The notes: generated from the letters alone by a model not told the origin. Shown: positions 1 to 8,971, counted from the stretch's first letter. The stretch: 52,528 bases of DNA from a candidate division WS2 bacterium ADurb.Bin280 (GCA_002071685.1 MWBO01000006.1:1-52528), one strand, 5' to 3'. Translations and numbers: made by a program.

Positions 1-1
1 T

Positions 2-322
2 TTCAACATTCCCAAGCCGGACATGGTTGTTTATCTTTATGCTCCATATCAAATTTCTCAAAATCTGGTGGATAAAAAATCCAAGAGGTCGTACACGGAT
101 AAAAAGCGAGACATTCATGAGAGAAATGCAAAGTTTTTATCTGAAGTTGAACGCGAATATTTGAATTTGGCAAAAAACAATCCCGAGTGGCGAACGATCG
201 TTTGCACGGAGGGGGATAAGCTTCTGTCTGTGCAGGAGATTAGCGAAAAAATCTTTTCAGTGATTGAGGGTAATCAAAAAAGCTCGCCAAAAAAAGTAGT
301 CTCAAGCGCTAGACTGTTTTAA
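2..322 (+). CDS. tmk: thymidylate kinase, C-terminal part (5' end lies outside the window)
   Basis: The frame is open from base 2 (FNIPKPDMVVYLYAP...). The C-terminal half looks like dTMP kinases. Recognised by eye only. Confidence 0.5.
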   Translation, partial: FNIPKPDMVVYLYAPYQISQNLVDKKSKRSYTDKKRDIHERNAKFLSEVEREYLNLAKNNPEWRTIVCTEGDKLLSVQEISEKIFSVIEGNQKSSPKKVVSSARLF

Positions 323-354
323 AATGCTCGCTTGCTTGTGGCAAAGTATCAAAA

Positions 355-3300
355 TCACATCAACATCTCCAACCATCCAAAAGTTCTCTTGAACGTTCCA
401 ACTATTATAGTAAAGAGAGATTTCTTTGATTCCCCCGGGACAATGGTATTATCCGATGAGCAGGTCTCGTTGGCTCCCTTGTCTTTTGAGCAGACGCGCA
501 GATGGTAGGGGCTTGAATCACTAAGCCCTGACACTACTACGAGGTGGGAGTTGGTCATAGCCGCATCTTCGGTAGTTTTGCTTTCATACTGATCACCTGT
601 TATTCCTTCTCCGTATTCCACTCTTGAGGTGGCTGGTTCGTCGGTTCTCCAGCTGACAAGAACCTGTGACTCGTCTTGTCTGCCACTGGCAACATTTGAG
701 GTTTCTACTACTATGTCATAAATGCTTGGCGCTCTGGTATCAATTGGTGTGGTAAAGCTATTGGTATCGGACTGAGCTTGATTACCAAATTGATCTCTTC
801 CCTTTGCTACTATGCTATAGACAGATGAGTCAGCCAGATTATCAACTAGCAATTCATGATCGGTTGATAAAGCGGCATCGCTTCTTGAGAGAGTACCTGA
901 TGGAGCTGTGAAGACTACTTCACTGCTTGTTGGAACATTTGTCTTCCAGACTACTTTGACCGTTGTGGTAGCGGCTTGAACACTCTCAAAGCGTAGGTTC
1001 TCTACTTTTGGCATGGGGAGGGTGTCGAAGGTAAAATCAGCTCCAATGTCTAGGGTATTTCCGTCGACGTCTTCTCCGATAATGGTGTAGTGGTAAGTTG
1101 AAGAATGATCGAGATCATTAAGGGCAATGATGTGATTAGTGGTTTGCGACCCGGAAGTTTCGCTTACTATATTTCCGTATGCACTGGTTTTGCCGTAGTG
1201 GACTTCGCTGTAGGTCGAAGAATTTGTAGTATAGCTGACGATCGCAGAGTTCAAGGTAATGTTGGTTGCCTTAACGTCCATTACCTTTGGTCTTTCACCT
1301 GTTGTAAATGAAAGAGTTTCGCTTTCCCCTCTGTTGCCATCCTCATCAACCCAAACTGCTTGGTAATAGTAAGTAGTCTCCGGATTGAGCCCCTCGAGTT
1401 GCACGCTGTGATTCAGGGTGGAATCGAGCTTTCCCACAGTTTTGCCGTTATTTTCTTCGCCCAGTGAATTTGCATTTAATCCATATTCTACAAAACTGGA
1501 AGATTCCCTGTCTGTTCTCCAGCTTATTGTCGAGGTAAAGACTTTTGTTTGTGTTACCGGCTCCTCTGTCAGGACAGGGGCTGAGGTGTATCGGCCGGTT
1601 GGGGTGATGGAGACGGTTGTCGAAGCTGAGCTGTACTGCCCGGCATTGTCCTTGGCCTTGACTTGATAGTAGTAGAGTCTTGATTGTAGATCGGTATCGG
1701 CATAGGTGGTCCCCGAGGTTGTGCCTGCTAGAGTGAAGCTAGTATCATCGGTTGATCTGTAGATCTCATATCCGGCAAAACCGGTACCTTGATCTTGGGG
1801 GGCGGTCCATTTGAGAGTGGTGGCATATTCTTGAGTATCTCTGTTTGATATATCAAAAGCGGATAAGCCACTTGGAATCCCCGGAGCGCTGGTATTGGCT
1901 GTAAATACCACCTTGGCACAACCATCGACATCGGTATTGCCGGAGATGTTGTTGCAGGAAGCAAAGTCGTAGTTGCCGGCTTCGTCTTTGGCCACGATGT
2001 AGAAAGTGTTCTCTCCCTGCTGTGTAGCAAAAGGTCCTGAATCAAGGGAGTTATCTTGAGTGTAGGAAGTGTTAGAGAGAGTGGGGAAAGCGTTTATAGA
2101 ATAATAGTAGCCATCTATTGATCCATTGTAGCTGGAGGGCTCTTGCCATGAAAAAGAGAAAGAGTTGTTTTCCGATGAGATCGGATCAACGCTGAGGTTT
2201 CGCGGTGCTGTGGGAGCTGAGGCATTGTAGTAGAAGTTTGTCTGTACCGGTGTTTGATCGAAGTTACCGGCATTATCTATCGCTCGAAGATAGAAGATGT
2301 TGACTCCGGTCTCTCCTTGATCATCGATAGTGACAGAGCCTGTGGAGATGGTATCAGACCACGCTGTGCCGTTGATCTTGTATTGATATCCTGCAAGCAG
2401 TGAACCACCGCTGTCTTGAGCCATACTGGCTCCGGTGGTTGGCCAAGAGAAGGTGAAGGAATTGGTTCTTGAATATCCCGAAGGAGAGGATGAGACGTAA
2501 AGAGGAGAGGTGGGATCGGTGCCTTCATACTTGTAGATAAATAGCGGCTCATCGGGATTTTGCGGATCCAGATTGACGTGCTTGATATTGCCGGCTACAT
2601 CCTTGGTTTCGATAAATAGATAATAAGTACCGACAGAGGAAAATGAAGGGCTATAGGTCCTAGTGCTTTGGTAAGTGCCGGCGGTTGTCGGATCGGCGCT
2701 TAACGATTGTCCAAAGTAAACATAGTAACCATCTATTCCCGAAACATTCTCTCCCTCTCCGGCATTGTCATTTGGCTCATCCCAAGTGAAGTAGGGAGTG
2801 GTGCTGTTGTACCAATTATTGCTGGTGATGTCTTCTCCGCCTTGTTCGTACTTGGCTTGAGAAATAGATGAGACATTATCGGGTGCTACCGTATCCCAGA
2901 CGTGGGTGATTTCAATCAAGTCTAGTTTTGGTACTTGCGAGCCATCTGAGACAAGATAAGCTCTCCAGAGAAAATACCTCGGAGATGATCCTGCTTCAAA
3001 AGATGAGATTGCCGAGTTTATCTCACTGGCAGTACTGCTTTCTGCGACACCGGAAGAAGTCAGTGTCCATGTTCCACCGGTGTACCAATACCACGAAACA
3101 CCATCATCTGGGGATATTTGATACTTGATACTTCCGCTTGATCCCTCTCCCAGCGTTTCAGCGAAAGCCGACAAAGTAGTATAACCCTGCGAGTTCACTG
3201 GTGTGATGGTGGGGGAGGAGGTGGAGATGAATGCACTTTCGCTTCCGAAAGTACAGAACTCATTTTTTTCGGATTTATAAGAAGCGGCGACCCATGCAGC

Positions 3301-4575
3301 CGATCTGGCCGACTGTGAAATTCGTGCTTCATCGACTGATCCATTGAATGCGTAGTTCGGGAAATAATCCATTCCCGTATTGTTTTGATATGAACCAATG
3401 AAGAAATAATCGCTAGTATTAAAATTTGATGATACTCCTGCAGAGATTGCTACTTGACTATTGAATGCTCCGTCGATGTATAGCTTTAGATATGCATCTC
3501 GGTCGATTACCATCGTCGCCTTGTGCCACTGGCTATCGCGCATTGAATTTGAGGCGTAGGTAATTTTGTTTCCGTCGGGGCCTTGATGAAAAGCATAGAG
3601 ATTATTATTTTCGTAGAGCAAGGACCATCTTCCTATCAAATCTCTCGCGCTGGATTTTCCGATGATGCCCCCGTGAGTAATCAGGCCGTTTGTCTTGAAC
3701 CAAACGTCCGCTGTAAGATCTCCTGTCCCGAGGTCATAATTGTCTCCATAGCTAATGTAGTCGTTTGCTCCGTCAAATTCCAATGCGTTTGAGCTAACTC
3801 CGGCAACTGAGTCATCTACGGTCATGCCGCCAGCTGAGGTTCCGTTTACATTTTGCGATGTACTATCGGAAATTTGAGGTGCCGCAGAAGCAGGATTTTC
3901 CTGTAGGTGCCAGACGCCTTTGTAATTTGCATTCCACGTCCCTTCTACATCTTGACCGTCCTCGGCAATGGAGTTGCCGTAATAAAGGTAAATATAATCT
4001 TGATTTGAATTTTGGTCTATCTGCGAGACCTTGACCCAAACAAAAGAATCACCCGACTCATTCCACTGTTCTATTTCAAAACTCAGGCTTGTCGTTCCGT
4101 TGGAGTCCGTGAATCTGATATCCTGACCCGAATCCTTTGTTTTTGAATAATCGATATTTTCCGAATTGAGTTTGACCAAAACGGGAAAGTCTAATAAATT
4201 CTCGGTGGTTATTCCGAGGGTAGCGTCTCTGTTGTCAAAGGAAACCTGCCTCCTAAATCCCCAGCTTCCACCTCCATCGTCATTTGCTATCCAGTCCACA
4301 CCCGGGGTGTAATCGGACTTAAGTTGTGCTATGCCGTCTGACATGGTGATCGAATCGCTATCGTATGAATATTCTGATGGCGTTGAGAAATTCCACGAGG
4401 CGGTTTGGGCTCTTGCTTGGGGTAGAGCTTGTCTGATACTAATAATTGTTACAGACAACACCAAAAACAAAGCTATACAGCCCCTTGTAAAAATCGAAAA
4501 ATCCGATTTTGGCTTTTTTCTACCCGTCCCCCTTATCATCTCTTTAATTTTATAGTAAAAAATACTCTCTCGCAA
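355..4575 (-). CDS. giant secreted/cell-surface protein (DUF2341-like + LamG/concanavalin-like + many Fn3-like repeats)
   Basis: 1406-aa intact ORF with an N-terminal basic stretch plus TM/signal (FTRGCIALFLVLSVTIISI). WGFRRQVSFDN...FVWVKV...IYLYYGN matches the DUF2341 pattern. This is followed by a LamG-like block (ALEFDGANDYISYG...DEARIS), then repeated ~90-aa Fn3/PAP-N-like modules (W..P......GY.Y). An alternative start exists at M13 (4539). Confidence 0.85.
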   Translation of the reverse strand: MRESIFYYKIKEMIRGTGRKKPKSDFSIFTRGCIALFLVLSVTIISIRQALPQARAQTASWNFSTPSEYSYDSDSITMSDGIAQLKSDYTPGVDWIANDDGGGSWGFRRQVSFDNRDATLGITTENLLDFPVLVKLNSENIDYSKTKDSGQDIRFTDSNGTTSLSFEIEQWNESGDSFVWVKVSQIDQNSNQDYIYLYYGNSIAEDGQDVEGTWNANYKGVWHLQENPASAAPQISDSTSQNVNGTSAGGMTVDDSVAGVSSNALEFDGANDYISYGDNYDLGTGDLTADVWFKTNGLITHGGIIGKSSARDLIGRWSLLYENNNLYAFHQGPDGNKITYASNSMRDSQWHKATMVIDRDAYLKLYIDGAFNSQVAISAGVSSNFNTSDYFFIGSYQNNTGMDYFPNYAFNGSVDEARISQSARSAAWVAASYKSEKNEFCTFGSESAFISTSSPTITPVNSQGYTTLSAFAETLGEGSSGSIKYQISPDDGVSWYWYTGGTWTLTSSGVAESSTASEINSAISSFEAGSSPRYFLWRAYLVSDGSQVPKLDLIEITHVWDTVAPDNVSSISQAKYEQGGEDITSNNWYNSTTPYFTWDEPNDNAGEGENVSGIDGYYVYFGQSLSADPTTAGTYQSTRTYSPSFSSVGTYYLFIETKDVAGNIKHVNLDPQNPDEPLFIYKYEGTDPTSPLYVSSSPSGYSRTNSFTFSWPTTGASMAQDSGGSLLAGYQYKINGTAWSDTISTGSVTIDDQGETGVNIFYLRAIDNAGNFDQTPVQTNFYYNASAPTAPRNLSVDPISSENNSFSFSWQEPSSYNGSIDGYYYSINAFPTLSNTSYTQDNSLDSGPFATQQGENTFYIVAKDEAGNYDFASCNNISGNTDVDGCAKVVFTANTSAPGIPSGLSAFDISNRDTQEYATTLKWTAPQDQGTGFAGYEIYRSTDDTSFTLAGTTSGTTYADTDLQSRLYYYQVKAKDNAGQYSSASTTVSITPTGRYTSAPVLTEEPVTQTKVFTSTISWRTDRESSSFVEYGLNANSLGEENNGKTVGKLDSTLNHSVQLEGLNPETTYYYQAVWVDEDGNRGESETLSFTTGERPKVMDVKATNITLNSAIVSYTTNSSTYSEVHYGKTSAYGNIVSETSGSQTTNHIIALNDLDHSSTYHYTIIGEDVDGNTLDIGADFTFDTLPMPKVENLRFESVQAATTTVKVVWKTNVPTSSEVVFTAPSGTLSRSDAALSTDHELLVDNLADSSVYSIVAKGRDQFGNQAQSDTNSFTTPIDTRAPSIYDIVVETSNVASGRQDESQVLVSWRTDEPATSRVEYGEGITGDQYESKTTEDAAMTNSHLVVVSGLSDSSPYHLRVCSKDKGANETCSSDNTIVPGESKKSLFTIIVGTFKRTFGWLEMLM

Positions 4576-4581
4576 TGCACC

Positions 4582-4610
4582 TTGCTTTAGGGATCGTAAA
4601 ATGACATAAT
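4582..4610 (+). promoter_or_regulatory. sigma70-like promoter for the leader/GIY-YIG/thrS transcript
   Basis: TTGCTT (4582-4587), 17-nt spacer, CATAAT (4605-4610). It sits in the divergent intergenic region. Confidence 0.4.
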
Positions 4611-4617
4611 AATTTAA

Positions 4618-4801
4618 AGCGATGATGCGGATACCACCGCGGAGCTGGCGAAAGAACCCCTGAATTATTTGAAGGGAAGTAAAGTCGCCCGAGAGCGCAA
4701 CGCGAAAGTTTGCGAGAAATGAGATCCCGCAAAGCGGGAAGCGAGGTGGAACCGTCGACCCTAGGCCGACCCTTGCAACAGCTTGAGCTGTTATTTTTTT
4801 T
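4618..4801 (+). promoter_or_regulatory. structured GC-rich 5' leader, T-box-like (candidate Thr-specific)
   Basis: GC-rich patch in AT-rich DNA. GCGAG|GUGGAAC|CGUCG..CGAC.CUUGC (4741-4776) folds as helix, 7-nt UGGN-containing bulge, helix, like a T-box antiterminator. The hairpin GCGG-AUACCA-CCGC (4627-4640) presents ACC followed by A. It ends in a terminator hairpin plus a T-run, and lies upstream of thrS. Confidence 0.4.
4777..4801 (+). terminator. intrinsic terminator/attenuator at the end of the leader
   Basis: AACAGC-ttga-GCTGTT followed by A plus eight T. Confidence 0.55.
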
Positions 4802-4821
4802 ACCCCGCTAGAGACAATTTT

Positions 4822-5082
4822 ATGTATTATACCTATATATTACAGAGTAAAAAAGATAGGCGGTGGTATACTGGTTGTACCAAAGATCTACGGAAGCGCT
4901 TTGATGAACACCAAAAGGGATTGAGTTATTCTACAAAAGGAAGGGGGCCATTTGAATGTATATATTACGAAGCATGCTTGGATCGAGGCGATGCTTCTGC
5001 AAGAGAAAAATATTTAAAATCGGGATATGGCAAGCGCTACTTGCGCAATCGTTTAAAGCGCTTCCTGTCTCTAACGGGGTGA
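4822..5082 (+). CDS. GIY-YIG nuclease superfamily small protein
   Basis: MYYTYILQS...RWYTGCT.DL..R...H motif (GIY...YIG-type N-terminus), 86 aa. I use the ATG at 4822 rather than the track start at 4783, which overlaps the terminator. Its stop lies 3 nt before thrS. Confidence 0.85.
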   Translation: MYYTYILQSKKDRRWYTGCTKDLRKRFDEHQKGLSYSTKGRGPFECIYYEACLDRGDASAREKYLKSGYGKRYLRNRLKRFLSLTG

Positions 5083-5085
5083 ATT

Positions 5086-6816
5086 ATGAGTAGTGATATT
5101 GAAACAATCAGGCACTCTCTGTCGCATATTATGGCGGCGGCGGTTTTGAAAATGTTTCCAGAGGCAAAGCTGGGGATTGGGCCGGCGATTGAAAACGGTT
5201 TCTATTATGACTTTGATCTCCCGAGGACCCTAATTCCCGAAGACTTGCCATTGATAGAACAGAAAATGCACGAAATTATAAATTCCGATGTGCCGTTTGA
5301 GAGAAGTGATTTGTCTGTCGATGAGGCGCTCGAAAGATTGAGCAATTCGGACGAGCCGTATAAATGCGAACTTGTCGAGGAATTGAAAAAAGAAGGGGAG
5401 AGCGAGGTCAGTTTGTACAAGACGGGTGATTTCGTGGATCTTTGCCGCGGTCCCCATGTAACATCAACGGCAGATTTGAAAAATGTGGCGTTTAAGCTCG
5501 ATAAAATTGCCGGTGCTTACTGGCGGGGGAATGAAAAAAATGCAATGCTCCAAAGAATTTACGCTCTTGCTTTTGAATCAAGTGAAGATCTTGACGCTTT
5601 TTTGAAACAGAGAGAGGAGGCGTTAAAAAGGGATCATAGAAAAATTGCCCAAGAGATGGATCTTTTTTCTTTTCACGAGGAGGGTTCGAACTTTGTTTTT
5701 TGGCATGACAAGGGCTGGAGTATTTTCCAGAAATTACTTGAATACTGGCGATCGATTCATAGAAGGGAGGGCTATAGTGAAATAAACACTCCGATTCTTA
5801 TGAACAAAGAAGTCTGGGAGAGGAGCGGTCATTTGAAAAATTATGGTGACAAGATTTATCTTGCCAAAACTCCGGAAAACGACGATTTCGATTATGCACT
5901 CAAGCCGATGAATTGTATCGGTGGAATAATAATATACAAAACGAAAATGCACTCATACAGGGACCTGCCCTTGAGAGTGGGCGAGATTGGTCTTGTTCAC
6001 CGTTATGAAAGTTCGGGAGAAGTACACGGGCTGATGCGTTTGAGGCAATTCAATCAAGATGACGCACATATTTATTGCACAAACGATCAAGTCAAAGATG
6101 AAATAATGGGAGTTTTCAAGCTCGCATTTGAAGTTTACAAAAAATTTGGTCTTGAGATAGATCATATCGAGCTTTCTACAAGGCCGGAAAAGTCGATCGG
6201 GAGCGACGAAGTCTGGGAGCGTGCTGAAGCGACGATGCGCGAGATACTTTTGGAAAACAATATCGATCACCAGATCAATGAGGGCGATGGTGCTTTTTAT
6301 GGGCCAAAATTTGATTTTCATTTACGCGATGCAATCGGTAGAACGTGGCAGTGTGGGACTATTCAGCTCGACTTTGCCCAACCGGAAAATTTTGATTTGA
6401 CGTATATAGACGAAAATGGCGAAAAGCAAAAACCGGTGATGATCCATAGGGTAATTTTTGGCGCTATAGAAAGATTCTTGGGCGTTTATATTGAAAATGT
6501 TGCCGGAGAGTTTCCGGCGTGGATTGCTCCGGTGCAAATCGAGATCATTCCGGTTTCCGATAAATTCAACGAAATTGCCAAAAAGGCAAAAGACAAGATT
6601 TGTGATTTGATCACAGATGCGCGAATAGAGATCGATCACAGGAACGAGTCGGTTTCAAGAAAAATCAGGGATGCCGAAATTGCTAAAGTTCCCTACAGCA
6701 TCGTCGTTGGGGAAAGAGAGAAGGGTCTCGAGCATTTTTCGGTCAGATTCAACAGAGAAAAAAACAAAACTCAAGTTGTGAGCCCAGACGAGCTCAAAGA
6801 CCTGTTGGAAAACTAA
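5086..6816 (+). CDS. thrS: threonyl-tRNA synthetase lacking the N-terminal TGS domain
   Basis: It starts directly in the editing domain (HSLSHIMAAAV..., GPAIENGFYYDFD). Class II core and anticodon-binding domain are present. 576 aa. Confidence 0.95.
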   Translation: MSSDIETIRHSLSHIMAAAVLKMFPEAKLGIGPAIENGFYYDFDLPRTLIPEDLPLIEQKMHEIINSDVPFERSDLSVDEALERLSNSDEPYKCELVEELKKEGESEVSLYKTGDFVDLCRGPHVTSTADLKNVAFKLDKIAGAYWRGNEKNAMLQRIYALAFESSEDLDAFLKQREEALKRDHRKIAQEMDLFSFHEEGSNFVFWHDKGWSIFQKLLEYWRSIHRREGYSEINTPILMNKEVWERSGHLKNYGDKIYLAKTPENDDFDYALKPMNCIGGIIIYKTKMHSYRDLPLRVGEIGLVHRYESSGEVHGLMRLRQFNQDDAHIYCTNDQVKDEIMGVFKLAFEVYKKFGLEIDHIELSTRPEKSIGSDEVWERAEATMREILLENNIDHQINEGDGAFYGPKFDFHLRDAIGRTWQCGTIQLDFAQPENFDLTYIDENGEKQKPVMIHRVIFGAIERFLGVYIENVAGEFPAWIAPVQIEIIPVSDKFNEIAKKAKDKICDLITDARIEIDHRNESVSRKIRDAEIAKVPYSIVVGEREKGLEHFSVRFNREKNKTQVVSPDELKDLLEN

Positions 6817-6820
6817 AAAA

Positions 6821-6856
6821 AATAAACGGCTCAGTCGAATGAGCCGTTTATTTTCC
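6821..6856. terminator. bidirectional hairpin terminator (copy 1 of a reused element)
   Basis: AATAAACGGCTCA-gtcgaa-TGAGCCGTTTATT with flanking A-run and T-run. It lies between convergent thrS and the miaB-like gene and overlaps the latter's last codons. Confidence 0.7.
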
Positions 6857-7894
6857 GGTGATTATATCGTTCAGTATTCTCCAGCGTCGTTGTTTTTCGC
6901 TCCATGGAATGGGGTCGCCGAGGCGATAGGCGGCGGTGCCATAGCGGGGAGAGTACTTGTTTATATATGCAGTTTTGTAACCGACGGATTTGAAAATTTC
7001 GACAGTTTTTTGAAAGTCGTCCTCATCCTCACCCGGGAATCCGACGATTACGTCTGTGGTGATGTCGATCGGCACTTTGCTAGTTCGTATTTTTTCAACG
7101 ATTTTTAAATAGGTTTTTGCATCGTATGGTCTGTTCATTGCTTTGAGTATTTTGTCACTTCCCGATTGGATAGGCAGGTGGATTTCTTTTTTGATCTTCG
7201 GTAATGTGGCAACGGCCTTGATTATTTCATCGGTCATGTCTTTTGGGTGATTTGAGGTAAAAGAAATAATAAAATCGCCATCAAGCGCGTTTAACTTTTC
7301 AAAAAGAATGTCGAGAGTTTCGCCGGTTTCGGGGTCTTTGTAGGAGTCTATCGTTTCGCCAAGAAGCAGTATTTCGCTATTGCCACGCTCAATTAATTTT
7401 TTGATATCCGATATCACGTCTTTGATATTTCGCGATCTCTCTCTTCCGCGCGTGAAAGCGGTGGCGCAGTATGTGCAAAAATTATTACAGCCAAACATTA
7501 TTGGTACAGATGAAGAAAATAATGCTCCTTCGCGAAGCAATTTCGATAAACTTTTCTGGTCTTTGAAGTCTATTAGTTTTGCCAGTTGTTCTGGCTTTTC
7601 AATATCCCAAAAATCAACTTGACGCGCCTTGAATTTCTTCTTATCATTGTCGATCACGCAACCCGTGACAATAATTTTGGGATTTTTATTTTTTTGCGCT
7701 TTGCGGATATTATTGACGAGTCCAAAAACACGATCGACAGCTGTCTGCCTGACCGCGCATGCGACTATGATAATCAGATCGGCTTTTTCTTTAGTCGTTT
7801 CTTGAAAACCTATTTTGTCGAGAAGATGATGAATGCGAACTCCGTCATGCTCGTTTTGCTGACAACCGATTACGTGAAGGTAGTATGTTTTCAT
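6848..7894 (-). CDS. radical-SAM methylthiotransferase, MiaB/RimO family, no TRAM domain
   Basis: N-terminal UPF0004 domain (YLHVIGCQQNEHD) and radical-SAM CNNFCTYC motif. It ends right after the radical-SAM core (348 aa). Confidence 0.8.
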   Translation of the reverse strand: MKTYYLHVIGCQQNEHDGVRIHHLLDKIGFQETTKEKADLIIIVACAVRQTAVDRVFGLVNNIRKAQKNKNPKIIVTGCVIDNDKKKFKARQVDFWDIEKPEQLAKLIDFKDQKSLSKLLREGALFSSSVPIMFGCNNFCTYCATAFTRGRERSRNIKDVISDIKKLIERGNSEILLLGETIDSYKDPETGETLDILFEKLNALDGDFIISFTSNHPKDMTDEIIKAVATLPKIKKEIHLPIQSGSDKILKAMNRPYDAKTYLKIVEKIRTSKVPIDITTDVIVGFPGEDEDDFQKTVEIFKSVGYKTAYINKYSPRYGTAAYRLGDPIPWSEKQRRWRILNDIITGK

Positions 7895-8709
7895 AGTGGG
7901 CTTTTGATATTTTTTATATTTGGATTTGTTACATGGGTATAGATTTGGGTGGTACGAATATTGGCGTGACCGAGAAGTTCCTGCACATAGCGAACATCAA
8001 CTCCGTTTTCTAGAAGGTGCGTGGCAAAGCTGTGTCGCAAACTATGGAATGTAGCACTCTTGGCAATTCCCGAATTGCTAAGTGCGCTTTCAAATATTTT
8101 TTCAAGCGAGCGGGTCGAAAGTTTCCCGCCTCTTTCGCTTTCAAATAATAGGTCACCTTTTTGTTTGTAGGCAATTGCCTTTTTTAATTCAACGATAATT
8201 TTTTCCGGTAGTAGCGAGATTCTATCTTTTTTACCCTTGGCATTTTTGATGTGTATTATTTTTTGATCAATGTCGATATCGCAAACTTTTAGATTTTGCG
8301 CTTCGCTAACTCGCAAACCAGCTCCATATGAAAGAGCAATGATGAGTCTGTGTTTTTGATTTTGTATCGAATCAATAATTCTTTTGATCTCTTGCCTTGA
8401 TAGTACAACAGGAAGTTTTTGAGATCTTTTGGCGAACTTGATATTGATTTTTTTATGATTTTTGAAAATTTCACGATACAGATACTTGATTGAGTTAATG
8501 TGCAGGTTGACTGTTTGTGAAGATTTACCGGAATCTTGCAGTTTGAGCAAATAATCTTTGATATTCTCTTCATCGATCCTATCTAAGTTTGATTTTTTGA
8601 AATCGAGGTATTTGCGAATGCAAAAAATATACGCTTCGATAGTCTTGGGGCTGTATGCACGAAGCCTCAATTCTCTTTTCGTTCTTTCTAAAATTTCTTG
8701 AATATTCAT
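7891..8709 (-). CDS. tyrosine recombinase, Xer/IntI-like
   Basis: KLPVVLSRQE, GAGLRVSE, AKGKKDR, HSLRHSFATHLL, LLGHANIRTTQIYTHV and a C-terminal KSPL. Start taken at MNIQEIL (8709). ATGA overlap with the miaB-like gene. Confidence 0.9.
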   Translation of the reverse strand: MNIQEILERTKRELRLRAYSPKTIEAYIFCIRKYLDFKKSNLDRIDEENIKDYLLKLQDSGKSSQTVNLHINSIKYLYREIFKNHKKINIKFAKRSQKLPVVLSRQEIKRIIDSIQNQKHRLIIALSYGAGLRVSEAQNLKVCDIDIDQKIIHIKNAKGKKDRISLLPEKIIVELKKAIAYKQKGDLLFESERGGKLSTRSLEKIFESALSNSGIAKSATFHSLRHSFATHLLENGVDVRYVQELLGHANIRTTQIYTHVTNPNIKNIKSPL

Positions 8710-8794
8710 ACTATTAAGAGTAGTGTATAAACAAGGAAATGATAGCACTTATTCTGCTAACAATCAAAATAATGCTATTAATATTCATCTTAAC

Positions 8795-8971
8795 CACATA
8801 AAAACGAGTTATCCAAAATCGCTTCGCGATTTTGGATAATGGGCGGCGGCTGACGCCTCGTTCTCCTCGTCGCAAAGCGACATCGGATAACTCGGTATAT
8901 CCTAAATTACTCAAAAATTATGATATAATTTTCTCGTAACTTCGGATATACCGCCGCCCATTATGTGAAAT
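8795..8971 (+). repeat. structured repeat, copy 1 (E1)
   Basis: 14-bp perfect hairpin at 8809-8822/8826-8839 with a TTC loop. 14-bp long-range stem ATAATGGGCGGCGG (8836-8849) / CCGCCGCCCATTAT (8951-8964). Hairpin GTCGC-aaa-GCGAC. CATCGGATAAC motif. Stem CGGTATATCC/GGATATACCG. Ends in ATTATGTGAAAT. Confidence 0.65.

Noticed and set aside
1105-4555. Many 60-105-aa ORFs on both strands that overlap the 1406-aa gene. Similar overlapping short ORFs lie inside thrS, gyrA, gyrB, infB, pyrG and other long genes.
   Set aside because: They lie wholly inside long, motif-bearing genes. They have low-complexity or odd composition and no start signals. They are typical shadow ORFs.
4783-4821. The track start of the GIY-YIG ORF (MSCYFFYPARDNF...).
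   Set aside because: It is a non-ATG start lying inside the leader terminator and T-run. The family's N-terminus begins at MYYTYILQS (4822).
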